A stretch of DNA of 64,000 nucleotides from Candidatus Saccharimonadales bacterium (lineage in GTDB: Bacteria; Patescibacteriota; Saccharimonadia; Saccharimonadales; JBGTLD01), in assembly GCA_041744275.1 (NCBI GenBank), contig JBGTLD010000013.1, positions 16,470 to 80,469 of the forward strand, given 5' to 3'. Shown piece by piece: positions 29,794-38,501 of this stretch. Each line of letters starts with the position of its first letter. Within the stretch, counting starts at the first letter, position 1. The notes under the pieces were generated by a model. The model was not told the DNA's origin. It saw nothing but the letters and a program-made list of their open reading frames with translations, and made no database searches. A program made the position numbers and the translations under genes.

Positions 29794-30530
29794 TAGGCTA
29801 GTTTTTCAAGTACAGTATCGTTTATCTCAAAATTAGTATGGATAGTACCGACGTCTTCAATTGCATCAAGCGCGTCCATCATGCGCATGATTTTTCCAGC
29901 TGTCGACTCATCACTGATTTCCACAGTATTCTGTGGCACAAAAGTCAGCTCAGCTTCAGTTAGTTCTATTCCTTGTTCTTTCAGCGTGTCTCGCACCCTT
30001 GCAAGTTCCTTAGGGTTTGTATACACAAGTGAATCGCCATCTTCATCCTGGATATCCTCCGCACCTGCATCCAGTAACTGCAACATTAACTCATCTCCAG
30101 ACCCTTTAACACGGATCATCCCCTTTTGATCAAACTGAAAAGCCACCGCACCCTTTTCAGCAATACTCCCACCGTGTTTACTAAAAGCTAAACGGACCTC
30201 AGGGTATGTTCTATTCACATTATCGGTTGCAGCCTCGACAATAACCCCTACCCCACCTGGACCATAGCCTTCGTACAGTACTTCTTGAATTTGCTCGCCA
30301 CCAAGCTTTCCAGAACCACGGTCAATCGCTCGCTGGATGTTATTTGCGGGCATATTTGCAGCCTTAGCCCTATCAATTGCAAGCCGTAACGTAAAATTCA
30401 TATCAGGATCAGCGCCAGCTTTTGCCGCTACTGCAATTGCGTTTCCATGCTTTGTAAACACAACACCACGCTTTGCGTCTTCTATAGCCTTACCTCTATG
30501 AATTTTTGCCCATTTTGAATGTCCAGCCAA
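29793..30530 (-). CDS. YebC/PmpR family DNA-binding regulator
   Basis: MAGHSKWAKIHRGKA N-terminus is diagnostic. Confidence 0.9.
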   Translation of the reverse strand: MAGHSKWAKIHRGKAIEDAKRGVVFTKHGNAIAVAAKAGADPDMNFTLRLAIDRAKAANMPANNIQRAIDRGSGKLGGEQIQEVLYEGYGPGGVGVIVEAATDNVNRTYPEVRLAFSKHGGSIAEKGAVAFQFDQKGMIRVKGSGDELMLQLLDAGAEDIQDEDGDSLVYTNPKELARVRDTLKEQGIELTEAELTFVPQNTVEISDESTAGKIMRMMDALDAIEDVGTIHTNFEINDTVLEKLA

Positions 30531-30699
30531 ACCTTGTTCTCCTACTTACACCAAACTTATATCTGTTATTGTACCATTTATCGGATATTCACAATATGGA
30601 TGCAGCTTGCATTGCTTAGAAACTTTGTATTTGCAACAACAGGGGTAATAAAGTATAATCTTACGGTCTGGCTACCATTGTTGCTACATGATATGACTT

Positions 30700-30776
30700 G
30701 GGTCCATAGCTCAGCCGGTTAGAGCACCTGCCTTTTAAGCAGGGTGTCGTGGGTTCGAGTCCCACTGGACCCTCCA
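30700..30776 (+). tRNA. tRNA-Lys (anticodon TTT), CCA encoded
   Basis: GGGTCCATAGCTCAGCCGGTTAGAGCACCTGCCTTTTAAGCAGGGTGTCGTGGGTTCGAGTCCCACTGGACCCTCCA. Anticodon loop is CTTTTAA. Confidence 0.9.
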
Positions 30777-30783
30777 AATAATG

Positions 30784-30812
30784 TACCTCACCTTGTGTGG
30801 GGTATTTTATTT
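30784..30812 (+). terminator. terminator-like hairpin after tRNA-Lys
   Basis: TACCTCAC-cttgt-GTGGGGTA (one G-U pair) followed by TTTTATTT. Confidence 0.5.
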
Positions 30813-30925
30813 GGTAGTTTTAGCGGACTCGAACCCGGGAGGGCGAAATATGCCGGTGGCATATTGAGTTTTCATTGCTTGGCCACCTTGCACGCTGCCT
30901 GCAGCTTGTGCAGGTGCATGATAAC

Positions 30926-30947
30926 TCGAGTCCCACTGGACCCTCCA
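30926..30947 (+). repeat. 22-nt exact copy of the 3' end of tRNA-Lys, 149 nt downstream of the tRNA
   Basis: tcgagtcccactggaccctcca at 30926-30947 equals 30755-30776. It lacks the 5' two-thirds of a tRNA, so it is not a second gene. Confidence 0.75.
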
Positions 30948-30950
30948 TAT

Positions 30951-30982
30951 AAAAACACCTACCTCGCCGTAGGTGTTTTTAT
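30951..30982 (+). terminator. bidirectional Rho-independent terminator
   Basis: AAAAACACCTAC-ctcgccg-TAGGTGTTTTTAT. Confidence 0.6.
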
Positions 30983-31079
30983 ATGGGATGTTTAATAGAC
31001 TCGAACCCGAGGTGAAAAAGACTTAACTCTAAGATCTAGATTAGTTAGGAAGCATATAAGCCGCTATACTAGTTATTGC

Positions 31080-31940
31080 ATGAATAAATTACTATCATTA
31101 CTTGTATTATCAATTTTCACTATTGCTTTGGTTCCGTCCATAGTTTTTGCGGCTAAGCCTGTAAACGGCGGCGGTAGCCCAACACCAACTACTGAAATGG
31201 TAGGATATGATATTTCTTACCCACAATGCGGCAGAAGGTTGCCAACTGATCATTTTTTTGGAATTGTTGGTGTAAATGGTGGTACAGCAGCTGTGCCAAA
31301 CAACTGTTTAGCAGACCAGCTCGTCTGGGCTAACAAGGCAAAATTGGGCTCAAAGCAGCCACGAGTTCAGCTATATGTGAACACAGCTAATCCAGGGGAA
31401 GTTATAAATCAGATAGCTACGTGGCCTGCTACCTCGACTGACAGTAGCGGCAATATACCAGTCAATCCTTACGGTGCCTGTAATGGCGCTAATGACAGAG
31501 CTTGCTCATGGTTGTACGGTTGGAATCGCTCAATCTATACTGAAGGCGTGTTTAAGAACGCAGCAAACAGTAAGGGGCTGAACTCAAACACAGCAGATTA
31601 TGTCTGGTGGCTAGACGTTGAAACCATGAATACTTGGCAGTCTGGTGGCAACGAAGCACTTATTCGCAACACTGCTGCGATTGAAGGCTTTGGTGCTTAC
31701 TACAAGTCCAAAGGTGCAACTATAGGTCTGTACTCAACAGCCTATCAGTGGGGCGTAATTACCGGTAACAACATCAGTGAAGATAGTATTCTGAATACCT
31801 TGCCTAACTGGCGACCAAGTGGTGCAAGTCTTTCAAATGCAAAAGCCAACTGTACTGTTGCACCGCTAACACCTGGTGGTTTCATTTCTCTGACTCAGTA
31901 CGTTGTCAAGAACCTAGACCACAACCATTCTTGCGTGTAG
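31080..31940 (+). CDS. secreted protein, possibly GH25-like/DUF1906-like glycoside hydrolase fold
   Basis: Signal peptide MNKLLSLLVLSIFTIALVPSIVFA. GYDISYPQC resembles the G-x-D-x-S-x-x-Q start of GH25-like domains. This is weak. Confidence 0.35.
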   Translation: MNKLLSLLVLSIFTIALVPSIVFAAKPVNGGGSPTPTTEMVGYDISYPQCGRRLPTDHFFGIVGVNGGTAAVPNNCLADQLVWANKAKLGSKQPRVQLYVNTANPGEVINQIATWPATSTDSSGNIPVNPYGACNGANDRACSWLYGWNRSIYTEGVFKNAANSKGLNSNTADYVWWLDVETMNTWQSGGNEALIRNTAAIEGFGAYYKSKGATIGLYSTAYQWGVITGNNISEDSILNTLPNWRPSGASLSNAKANCTVAPLTPGGFISLTQYVVKNLDHNHSCV

Positions 31941-32054
31941 TTTTCTATAGTCTTGCAATAAGAGACGGTTGTTGTTCGTTGATTTAGTAGTCTGTCGCTG
32001 CGCCTTAAAGGGTAAAGATCCGCCTAATTGTATTTTTTTTCGCTGACACGTTTA

Positions 32055-32543
32055 TTATTTACCATGCTTAGCTGATTTGTCTGGTCTTTTGTAGAAACTT
32101 TGATACAGCACAAGCAGTACGAGCAAGCACGAGACCCCAACAATAACGTCTTGTGATTGTCTAAGCAAATCACCTGGTGCAGTTGCAAATATCTCTTGCT
32201 GCAACGGGCTTGGTAGTATGGGTAGTGCTAGCACTGCAAATAACAGACCGCTACTAATGATAGGGAGCAAGTGCAACAATGCTTTCGATGCAGGAACAGT
32301 CTTTCGAAGGACAAACATCGTTATGAGTATTGGTGTCGTAAGCACCAATACTTGGCTCATAAGAGGTACGTTTGCAGATGGCACGAACGCACTGATTGCA
32401 AATGCGACGTCGTCGCTTAGAAATCGTACAAGAAGGTCACCTATAAGAATACTCAGCATCAAAAAAACCACGTGCACACGAAACATAAATGCCACTAAAA
32501 TAGGTAGCGCAACGAGGCTCGCAAGAATTACGATTGGAAGCAT
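32055..32543 (-). CDS. hypothetical polytopic membrane protein
   Basis: About 5 hydrophobic segments and no motif. Confidence 0.4.
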   Translation of the reverse strand: MLPIVILASLVALPILVAFMFRVHVVFLMLSILIGDLLVRFLSDDVAFAISAFVPSANVPLMSQVLVLTTPILITMFVLRKTVPASKALLHLLPIISSGLLFAVLALPILPSPLQQEIFATAPGDLLRQSQDVIVGVSCLLVLLVLYQSFYKRPDKSAKHGK

Positions 32544-32578
32544 AAGCTCATAATATCAGTATTATCGGTAAACAACAG

Positions 32579-33067
32579 CTACAATTGCGCTTCGAACGTG
32601 TCGCCAAGTTTGATTCGGTTTTTATCCGCAACACCCGCAGCTATCTCTACGACGTATTGGGCGGGCTTATCTGGACAATATACTTCTTCTGGTGGAGTAT
32701 CTGGCGGTGCATTTTTTACTTCATGCACTAAGGTGCGGTTTTCGTCGAACCACAGGATGTCTATATTGAAGTTCATATCCCGCATCACAATACAGTGGTT
32801 AACACTCGGCTCATCGAACACAAACAATAGTGCGTCCGTCTCTGGAAGACTCGGGCGCCCAGACAGTCCCCTTATTCGAGATTCTAGCGTACTGGCAATT
32901 TCAAAATTAAAATAACCTTCACCAATTCTGCCAATTTGAGTCTGGTCAGTTATTTGCGCTGATGGCTCAGGATTGCTTGCTGGTCGCGCAAACGCGAACA
33001 AACCGACAAGCATGAACGCCATCGCTACCACAAACCCTAAGAGTAGTTTTTCCTTACGCCCCAACAC
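32579..33067 (-). CDS. DUF192 (COG1430) domain protein with N-terminal TM
   Basis: MRDMNFNIDILWFDENRTLVHEV...VVEIAAGVADKNRIKLGD matches the DUF192 pattern. Confidence 0.5.
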   Translation of the reverse strand: MLGRKEKLLLGFVVAMAFMLVGLFAFARPASNPEPSAQITDQTQIGRIGEGYFNFEIASTLESRIRGLSGRPSLPETDALLFVFDEPSVNHCIVMRDMNFNIDILWFDENRTLVHEVKNAPPDTPPEEVYCPDKPAQYVVEIAAGVADKNRIKLGDTFEAQL

Positions 33068-33953
33068 GGTCTTTTCGTCGTTTACCCTTTGAGTTCTGTT
33101 CTACATATTCAACGATCTTGCTTGCAACATTACGCCCTGTCACAGACTCAATACCTTCAAGACCAGGTGCTGAGTTAACTTCTAGTACTAATGGACCTCG
33201 GTTAGATTGGATCATATCGACACCACACACTGATAGACCCATTGCTTTCGCTGCTTTTAGCGTCATTTTACGCTCTTCATCAGTTAACTTTACAGGCGTA
33301 CCAGTTCCACCTTGATGTATGTTTGATCTAAAGTCATCATCAAGGCTTTTTCGCTCCATGCTTGCAACCACTTGGTTTCCAATAACAAATGCACGGATGT
33401 CACTTCCTTGAGCCTCTTCAATGTATTCTTGTATCAAAAAGCTCGTATCGTTCACATAAAAGGCTTGGACCACAGACTTTGCTGCTTTACGTGTTTCGGC
33501 AAGTACGACACCGTTTCCTTGCGTTCCGGACGCAAGTTTAATAATCACTGGTGTTCCAAGGTGGTTTAAAAGGTCGTCAACCTGGTCAGTCTCGCGTGAA
33601 AATATCGTTTTAGGAATACCCACACCACTCTTACTGAGTAGTTGCATTGAGCGAAGTTTATCTCGCGAACGGCTTATCGCAATAGATTTCGACGGCGTGT
33701 AAACACCCATCATCTCAAACTGGCGTACTATAGCTGAACCATACGTTGTCATGCCAGGTAATATACGAGGAATAACTGCGTCCAAGCCATTTAAAGTTTC
33801 TCCACGGTACTGAACCTCTGGCTTATCTTGTTCAATTTCTACATAACACTCAGGGTACTTAATAATCACCACTTCGTGACCACGAGTCTCAGCCTCTTCA
33901 CGTAGTCGTTTTACGGTGTAGCCAGGCTCCCGTGTTAAAATTCCTATTTTCAT
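33054..33953 (-). CDS. RimK-family ATP-grasp ligase (alpha-L-glutamate ligase-like)
   Basis: MKIGILT... and the ATP-grasp core (IIKLASGTQGNGVVL, EYIEEAQGSDIRAFVIG, VDMIQSNRGPLVLEVN). Confidence 0.8.
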   Translation of the reverse strand: MKIGILTREPGYTVKRLREEAETRGHEVVIIKYPECYVEIEQDKPEVQYRGETLNGLDAVIPRILPGMTTYGSAIVRQFEMMGVYTPSKSIAISRSRDKLRSMQLLSKSGVGIPKTIFSRETDQVDDLLNHLGTPVIIKLASGTQGNGVVLAETRKAAKSVVQAFYVNDTSFLIQEYIEEAQGSDIRAFVIGNQVVASMERKSLDDDFRSNIHQGGTGTPVKLTDEERKMTLKAAKAMGLSVCGVDMIQSNRGPLVLEVNSAPGLEGIESVTGRNVASKIVEYVEQNSKGKRRKDRVGA

Positions 33954-34858
33954 TGGTTACTCCTTTGCTCAGCGACTAAATACGCAGCGAGGCTTTCTAG
34001 TTTTTTATCGGCGTCAACGCCAGATGTTAACTGCGGGATAGCATTAACTTCCAGACAGCTATATCCACATGAGGCTGAAGCATCAGGAATGAAATCAATG
34101 CCAGCAAGCTCTCTGTTCATAACACTACATATCTTCTCAGCTTCGGTCAATAGTGACGATGGAACTTCATCGAGTGCGAGCCATACCGCAGACCCACCTT
34201 GCGACGTATTATTCAAATGCGTGTTTGCGCCTGCAGAACGACTACGCTTCAGTATCTTTGCAGGTTTGCCGCCAAAGCAAATGACACGTAAATCATGATC
34301 GTTTTCTAAAAAGGGCTGAATCAAAATTGGTGTTCCCTCGGCAGCCTTACTCATAACTTCATCAAATGTATGTACGAAATAGTTAAACTCTCCTCTACTA
34401 GCTGCAGCAGCTTTTACGACTACAGGAAGCGTAATGTCTGTTTTTTGTAATAGAGATGTATCCATATAAAAAACTGTATCCGGAACTGAAATATTGGCCA
34501 AAGCAAGTTCTACCATACAAGATAACTTAGACACCGATCTTTGATGTGCCATTTCGCTGTTCCAAAACGGTATGTCATGATGCCGTAAGTACAGTGCCAA
34601 ACTATATGCTACATCCCGATAATAGGACTTTGAGCCGGTTTTATACCAGCCGAGTGCCACAACGAGCTCAGCTTCATAATCAGCTATACGTACCGTACCA
34701 GCCGAGACATGCACTTCACTTGTTTTAATCGTAAACGATAGATCTTCCCAGAATATGACCATAGTATCTACGCCATTGTTTCGTAGTGAATCCGCGAGCA
34801 CAGTAGGGTTATTCTTGCTCCCACTGTCTTTAGACCCGATTATCAGTATTCGCTTCAT
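33950..34858 (-). CDS. second ATP-grasp ligase (RimK-related, divergent)
   Basis: ATP-grasp fold residues (VVVKAAAASRGEF, LIQPFLENDHDLRVICFG, IDFIPD...LEVN). Overlapping start and stop with both neighbours indicate an operon. Confidence 0.6.
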   Translation of the reverse strand: MKRILIIGSKDSGSKNNPTVLADSLRNNGVDTMVIFWEDLSFTIKTSEVHVSAGTVRIADYEAELVVALGWYKTGSKSYYRDVAYSLALYLRHHDIPFWNSEMAHQRSVSKLSCMVELALANISVPDTVFYMDTSLLQKTDITLPVVVKAAAASRGEFNYFVHTFDEVMSKAAEGTPILIQPFLENDHDLRVICFGGKPAKILKRSRSAGANTHLNNTSQGGSAVWLALDEVPSSLLTEAEKICSVMNRELAGIDFIPDASASCGYSCLEVNAIPQLTSGVDADKKLESLAAYLVAEQRSNQ

Positions 34859-35988
34859 GTGAGTATCTTCCTTCCTTCAATAATAGCAACGAAATCATCG
34901 TAACGTATCTCGTTTTCTGAGAGTGCGTTCCAAACAGCAATATTACCCTCAAAGTACGCAATATCTTTCAAGTACACAGCACCAGCTACATCCGGCCTGC
35001 CACCTCGGAACACTCGAACACATTCATTAAATGCGACGTCTTTTGATCCGCTCTCATTATATTTACTTACAATGCATATGCATCGCCACAGGATTTCATA
35101 CACTTGCCGAAAATCTAAAGGCGTTCCGTGTACTCCCCAGCCTAATGCAGCAGCTAAATATCTGAACGATCGTCTGTATCCAAATTTATTGCCTAGTAGT
35201 TGCTCGAGTAAAATCGCGAACCCCTCGCTTTCTCGCAGCCCAAACACCCCTGATCTATTGGCGTGTCCATATAGTTCATGAGCTACGATCCTTTGTGCTG
35301 ACATACTTGTCCTTGCTGGGTATTGCGACCCTACAATTACTTCTTTTTCTGTTCTAAAAATTGAAGCACTAAGTACACTATCTTGCACTAAAAGCTTCCA
35401 GCCCTTTTTGTCTAGTTTACTCTCCGCTAATCCTTGTTCAAAAAGTGTCACTAAGTCTCCGCTTGTTTTTTCAAAAAGCCACCCAGCATACTGCTTAAAG
35501 TGTCCCTGTAAACATAAAAATGTATTATGGTCTGGCTCGAATATATCTTGATCTCCTTCAAAATTCATTGGTGCCAGTGTCTCTTCGATATGCATCCAGT
35601 ACTGTTTCTTCTTTATGTCCGAATTGTTGTCAACTACTGCTTTTACGTACGACAAAATTGCCAGCATATTGCTGAGGGTTGGCACGCCGTACATTTCACT
35701 GTTTGCATTTTGAAATCTTTGAAGTGATGTTTCGCTAGGCTCGACTTGCAACTGCACTGCGCTGTTAATCAACTCACGAGTTTTGGTTTCTGGCACTATT
35801 TCAGGAGACTTCTCGGTAAATTGTGCCCCGTATGTAAATTTTGGAATGTAAGAGTCGTCGTTTAAGAATACTGTTTTTTCTTGAACAGCGTTTTGTATGG
35901 TAAAAATGCGGTATGAGTCATATAGCTTCATGAATACGTTGCCTGTAGCAGGTTTGACAAACCAACACCTAAATTTGTGTTGGTCCAT
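34855..35988 (-). CDS. QEGLA-motif (DUF1704-like) protein with HExxH, putative zincin-like peptidase/amidase
   Basis: LFEQGLAESK (QEGLA) motif and VAHELYGHANRS (HExxH). Confidence 0.55.
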   Translation of the reverse strand: MDQHKFRCWFVKPATGNVFMKLYDSYRIFTIQNAVQEKTVFLNDDSYIPKFTYGAQFTEKSPEIVPETKTRELINSAVQLQVEPSETSLQRFQNANSEMYGVPTLSNMLAILSYVKAVVDNNSDIKKKQYWMHIEETLAPMNFEGDQDIFEPDHNTFLCLQGHFKQYAGWLFEKTSGDLVTLFEQGLAESKLDKKGWKLLVQDSVLSASIFRTEKEVIVGSQYPARTSMSAQRIVAHELYGHANRSGVFGLRESEGFAILLEQLLGNKFGYRRSFRYLAAALGWGVHGTPLDFRQVYEILWRCICIVSKYNESGSKDVAFNECVRVFRGGRPDVAGAVYLKDIAYFEGNIAVWNALSENEIRYDDFVAIIEGRKILT

Positions 35989-36217
35989 ATATACTAATTA
36001 TATCATATAATAGCAAGTATTGTCAATTATCCTTGTGCGTTTTTAATCCTTACGTACGCAAAGCCAACAGCGAGTATGATAATAATAAATAACAGCAAGA
36101 CCATTGTAATAAACCCTTGCTCATCAGATTTTTTTGATTTTTTCATGCTTCATTAAATTATCTATGAACAAAAGCAGTTTGTATAGTCCAACAGCACAAA
36201 TAATTTGCATTAAATAA

Positions 36218-37132
36218 TTGCTGGTATGCATTATTTGTTGTATAATTATTTTTTGTATGGAAAAAGATCAACTACCAAACGATAACATATACGGAATGAG
36301 TGCTGAACAAGAAGCCCTCTATTATAAGTACAGGGCCGAGCGGGCCGAAGATGAGAATGCAGTGCTTCTTAATGATATACATAATCTTAAGGAGAAAAAT
36401 GATAACTTAGAAGAAGAAAACCGTAGGCTTCGTGACGATTCCGCAAAATTGGGCTACCTTGTAGCTAGACAAAATATTGAAATTACCGAGCTCATTGATA
36501 AGGCTCATACAGATGAATTAACGGGCTTGTCTAATAGGCGACAACTAAATGAGACGCTATCAAAATATTTTGAGTATGCTGCCTCCGGTCACGTGGCTCC
36601 TGGACTGATGTACGTAGATCTAAACAACTTTAAGATTGTAAACGATATGCTAGGTCATGAATTTGGTGATCACCTTTTGACTATCGTGAGCGATCTATTA
36701 GTCACCAGCCTACGCGTGAGGGCAGAAGATGACGACAGAGAACACGGCACCCACAAAGACGTTGTATCTATAAAATCACAACCAGCGAATAATGAGGCTC
36801 TTATTGGGCGTGAGGGCGGTGATGAATTTGTTATTGCGGTTGATCTAGGCCCATCCGATGCTGAAACTGGACCAATACACAGAGACTACCTAGAAAAAAT
36901 ACGCATTAGAATTATAGAAAACTTTGAAAGCATGCTAGAAGAACTTGATCTGGAAATCATCGTAGATGGACTGGAGACTACACTCGGAGCGTTCCTAGCA
37001 GATATCAAATTTGGATTATCGATAGGTGTTAGTGTATACGATCGATACGAAAGTTTGTTAGAACTGAAAAAAAGAGCAGAAGAAGATATGTACGATCAGA
37101 AGAAAAAGTCTAAAATTACCCTAGCCAAATAA
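36218..37132 (+). CDS. GGDEF-domain diguanylate cyclase with N-terminal coiled coil
   Basis: LTGLSNRRQL, DxLGH and REGGDEFVIAV (GGDEF) motifs. An insertion lies between the I-site region and the active site. Confidence 0.65.
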   Translation: MLVCIICCIIIFCMEKDQLPNDNIYGMSAEQEALYYKYRAERAEDENAVLLNDIHNLKEKNDNLEEENRRLRDDSAKLGYLVARQNIEITELIDKAHTDELTGLSNRRQLNETLSKYFEYAASGHVAPGLMYVDLNNFKIVNDMLGHEFGDHLLTIVSDLLVTSLRVRAEDDDREHGTHKDVVSIKSQPANNEALIGREGGDEFVIAVDLGPSDAETGPIHRDYLEKIRIRIIENFESMLEELDLEIIVDGLETTLGAFLADIKFGLSIGVSVYDRYESLLELKKRAEEDMYDQKKKSKITLAK

Positions 37133-38215
37133 GCCCCGTTTGCCGCTTGAGTTAAATTGCTGCAGTAACTCCTTTTGCTGCTTTGTGAGCTTGGTTGGTG
37201 TCTCTACGTGAATCGTTACAATATGCGAGCCGCGGGTCTCACGCTTAAGGTGGGGCACACCGTGGTTAGAAAGTTTAAAGTCGGTGCCGCTCTGGGTGCC
37301 GGCCGGAATCTTCATGGTGACTGGTCCATCAACGGTATCTACATCAATTTCGGTACCAAGTGCAGCATCAACCATGCCAAGTGTTTCTTCACTCAAAATT
37401 AAGTCACCTTCACGGGTAAACTTCTTGTGTGGCTTTACTCGAAGGTTAACGTATAAGTCACCTTTTGGTCCATTTGCCATAGCTTCGCCATGTTCGCGGA
37501 GTCGGATTGTAGAGCCGTCATCAATACCTGCGGGGATCTTTAGCTTAACCTTCTGGTTCTTTCTCTGCGTGCCCTTTCCGCTGCAAACACTGCAAACTTT
37601 TTCTGGTACTTTACCGCGACCCGAGCACGATGGACACACGGTAGCTTGCTGGATGTTACCAAAAATAGTTTTTGTAACACTTACAACCTGTCCGCTTCCC
37701 TTACACATATCGCAAGTTTTTAGCTCATGACCTGGTTCAACGGTTGAGCCCTTGCAGTGTTCGCAGTTATCATCAATATTGAGGCTGATCTCTGTTTCTG
37801 TACCAAAGACAGCTTGCTCAAAACTTATTTCTAGGTTGGCCTCAATGTCGCGACCACGAGACTGACGAGATTGCCTTTGGTTGCCGCCACCAAAAAAACT
37901 ACCAAAGATATCGCCCAGTCCTAGATCGCCAAAATCAAAGTTAATATTCTGACCTTGACCGCTGAAACCCTCGAAAGGGTTACCGCCGCCAGAAGCACCG
38001 CCAACTCCAGCATGACCGAATTGGTCGTAGCGTTGACGTTTCCCGGAGTCTTTTAGAACTTCATAGGCTTCATTTATCTCTTTAAACTTCGACTCGTCAC
38101 CACCCTCTTTGTCTGGGTGGTGTTGCACGGCAAGTCGGCGGAAGGCTTTTTTGAGCTCATCCGCACTTGCACCCTTGCCTACTCCTAAAACTTCATAGTA
38201 ATCACGCTTCGCCAT
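37121..38215 (-). CDS. dnaJ: co-chaperone DnaJ
   Basis: J domain (HPDK), G/F region, four CxxCxG zinc-finger repeats. Confidence 0.95.
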   Translation of the reverse strand: MAKRDYYEVLGVGKGASADELKKAFRRLAVQHHPDKEGGDESKFKEINEAYEVLKDSGKRQRYDQFGHAGVGGASGGGNPFEGFSGQGQNINFDFGDLGLGDIFGSFFGGGNQRQSRQSRGRDIEANLEISFEQAVFGTETEISLNIDDNCEHCKGSTVEPGHELKTCDMCKGSGQVVSVTKTIFGNIQQATVCPSCSGRGKVPEKVCSVCSGKGTQRKNQKVKLKIPAGIDDGSTIRLREHGEAMANGPKGDLYVNLRVKPHKKFTREGDLILSEETLGMVDAALGTEIDVDTVDGPVTMKIPAGTQSGTDFKLSNHGVPHLKRETRGSHIVTIHVETPTKLTKQQKELLQQFNSSGKRGLFG

Positions 38216-38501
38216 TGTGTAGTCTTTCTATGATACCTTGCTCGCACATTTCTTGTGCTTGTAATGCGTCCTGTGGAGATATTCCATATCTTTGAGATAT
38301 GTCTTCAAGTATATCTTCATGATCTATATTTTCAAGAAATCCCTGAGACACTTCATAGGTGTCACCTAGAATAAGCCACTCGAGTGAACCCCTCAGCATT
38401 CGATCGTTTGCAGCTTCAAAAATTGCAATCTTGGTAAAGGCGTCCTTACTTACTCTTTTCTCAGGTAGACTCATATTACTTCTTGTCGTCGACGACTTCA
38501 C
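38202..38501 (-). CDS. small hypothetical protein between dnaK and dnaJ
   Basis: 99-aa ORF exactly filling the dnaK-dnaJ gap. A likely internal start is MSLPEKR. Confidence 0.3.
   Translation of the reverse strand: MKSSTTRSNMSLPEKRVSKDAFTKIAIFEAANDRMLRGSLEWLILGDTYEVSQGFLENIDHEDILEDISQRYGISPQDALQAQEMCEQGIIERLHNGEA

Noticed and set aside
30822-30910. Possible minus-strand tRNA. The + strand reads TGGTAGTTTTAGCGGACTCGAACCCGG, which looks like the reverse complement of a tRNA 3' end.
   Set aside because: Folding the reverse complement gives a T-loop, but the T-stem (CCGGG/CCGCT) cannot pair. No D-arm or anticodon arm could be built. It is treated as part of the tRNA-linked repeat element instead.
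30820-30948. A second tRNA-Lys gene ending at 30948.
   Set aside because: Only the last 22 nt match the tRNA. The T-stem 5' strand and everything upstream are absent.
30744-30995. 83-aa ORF on the + strand (MSWVRVPLDPPNN...).
   Set aside because: It runs through the tRNA-Lys 3' end, both terminators and the repeat copy. The peptide VPLDPP appears twice only because the tRNA 3' end is duplicated.
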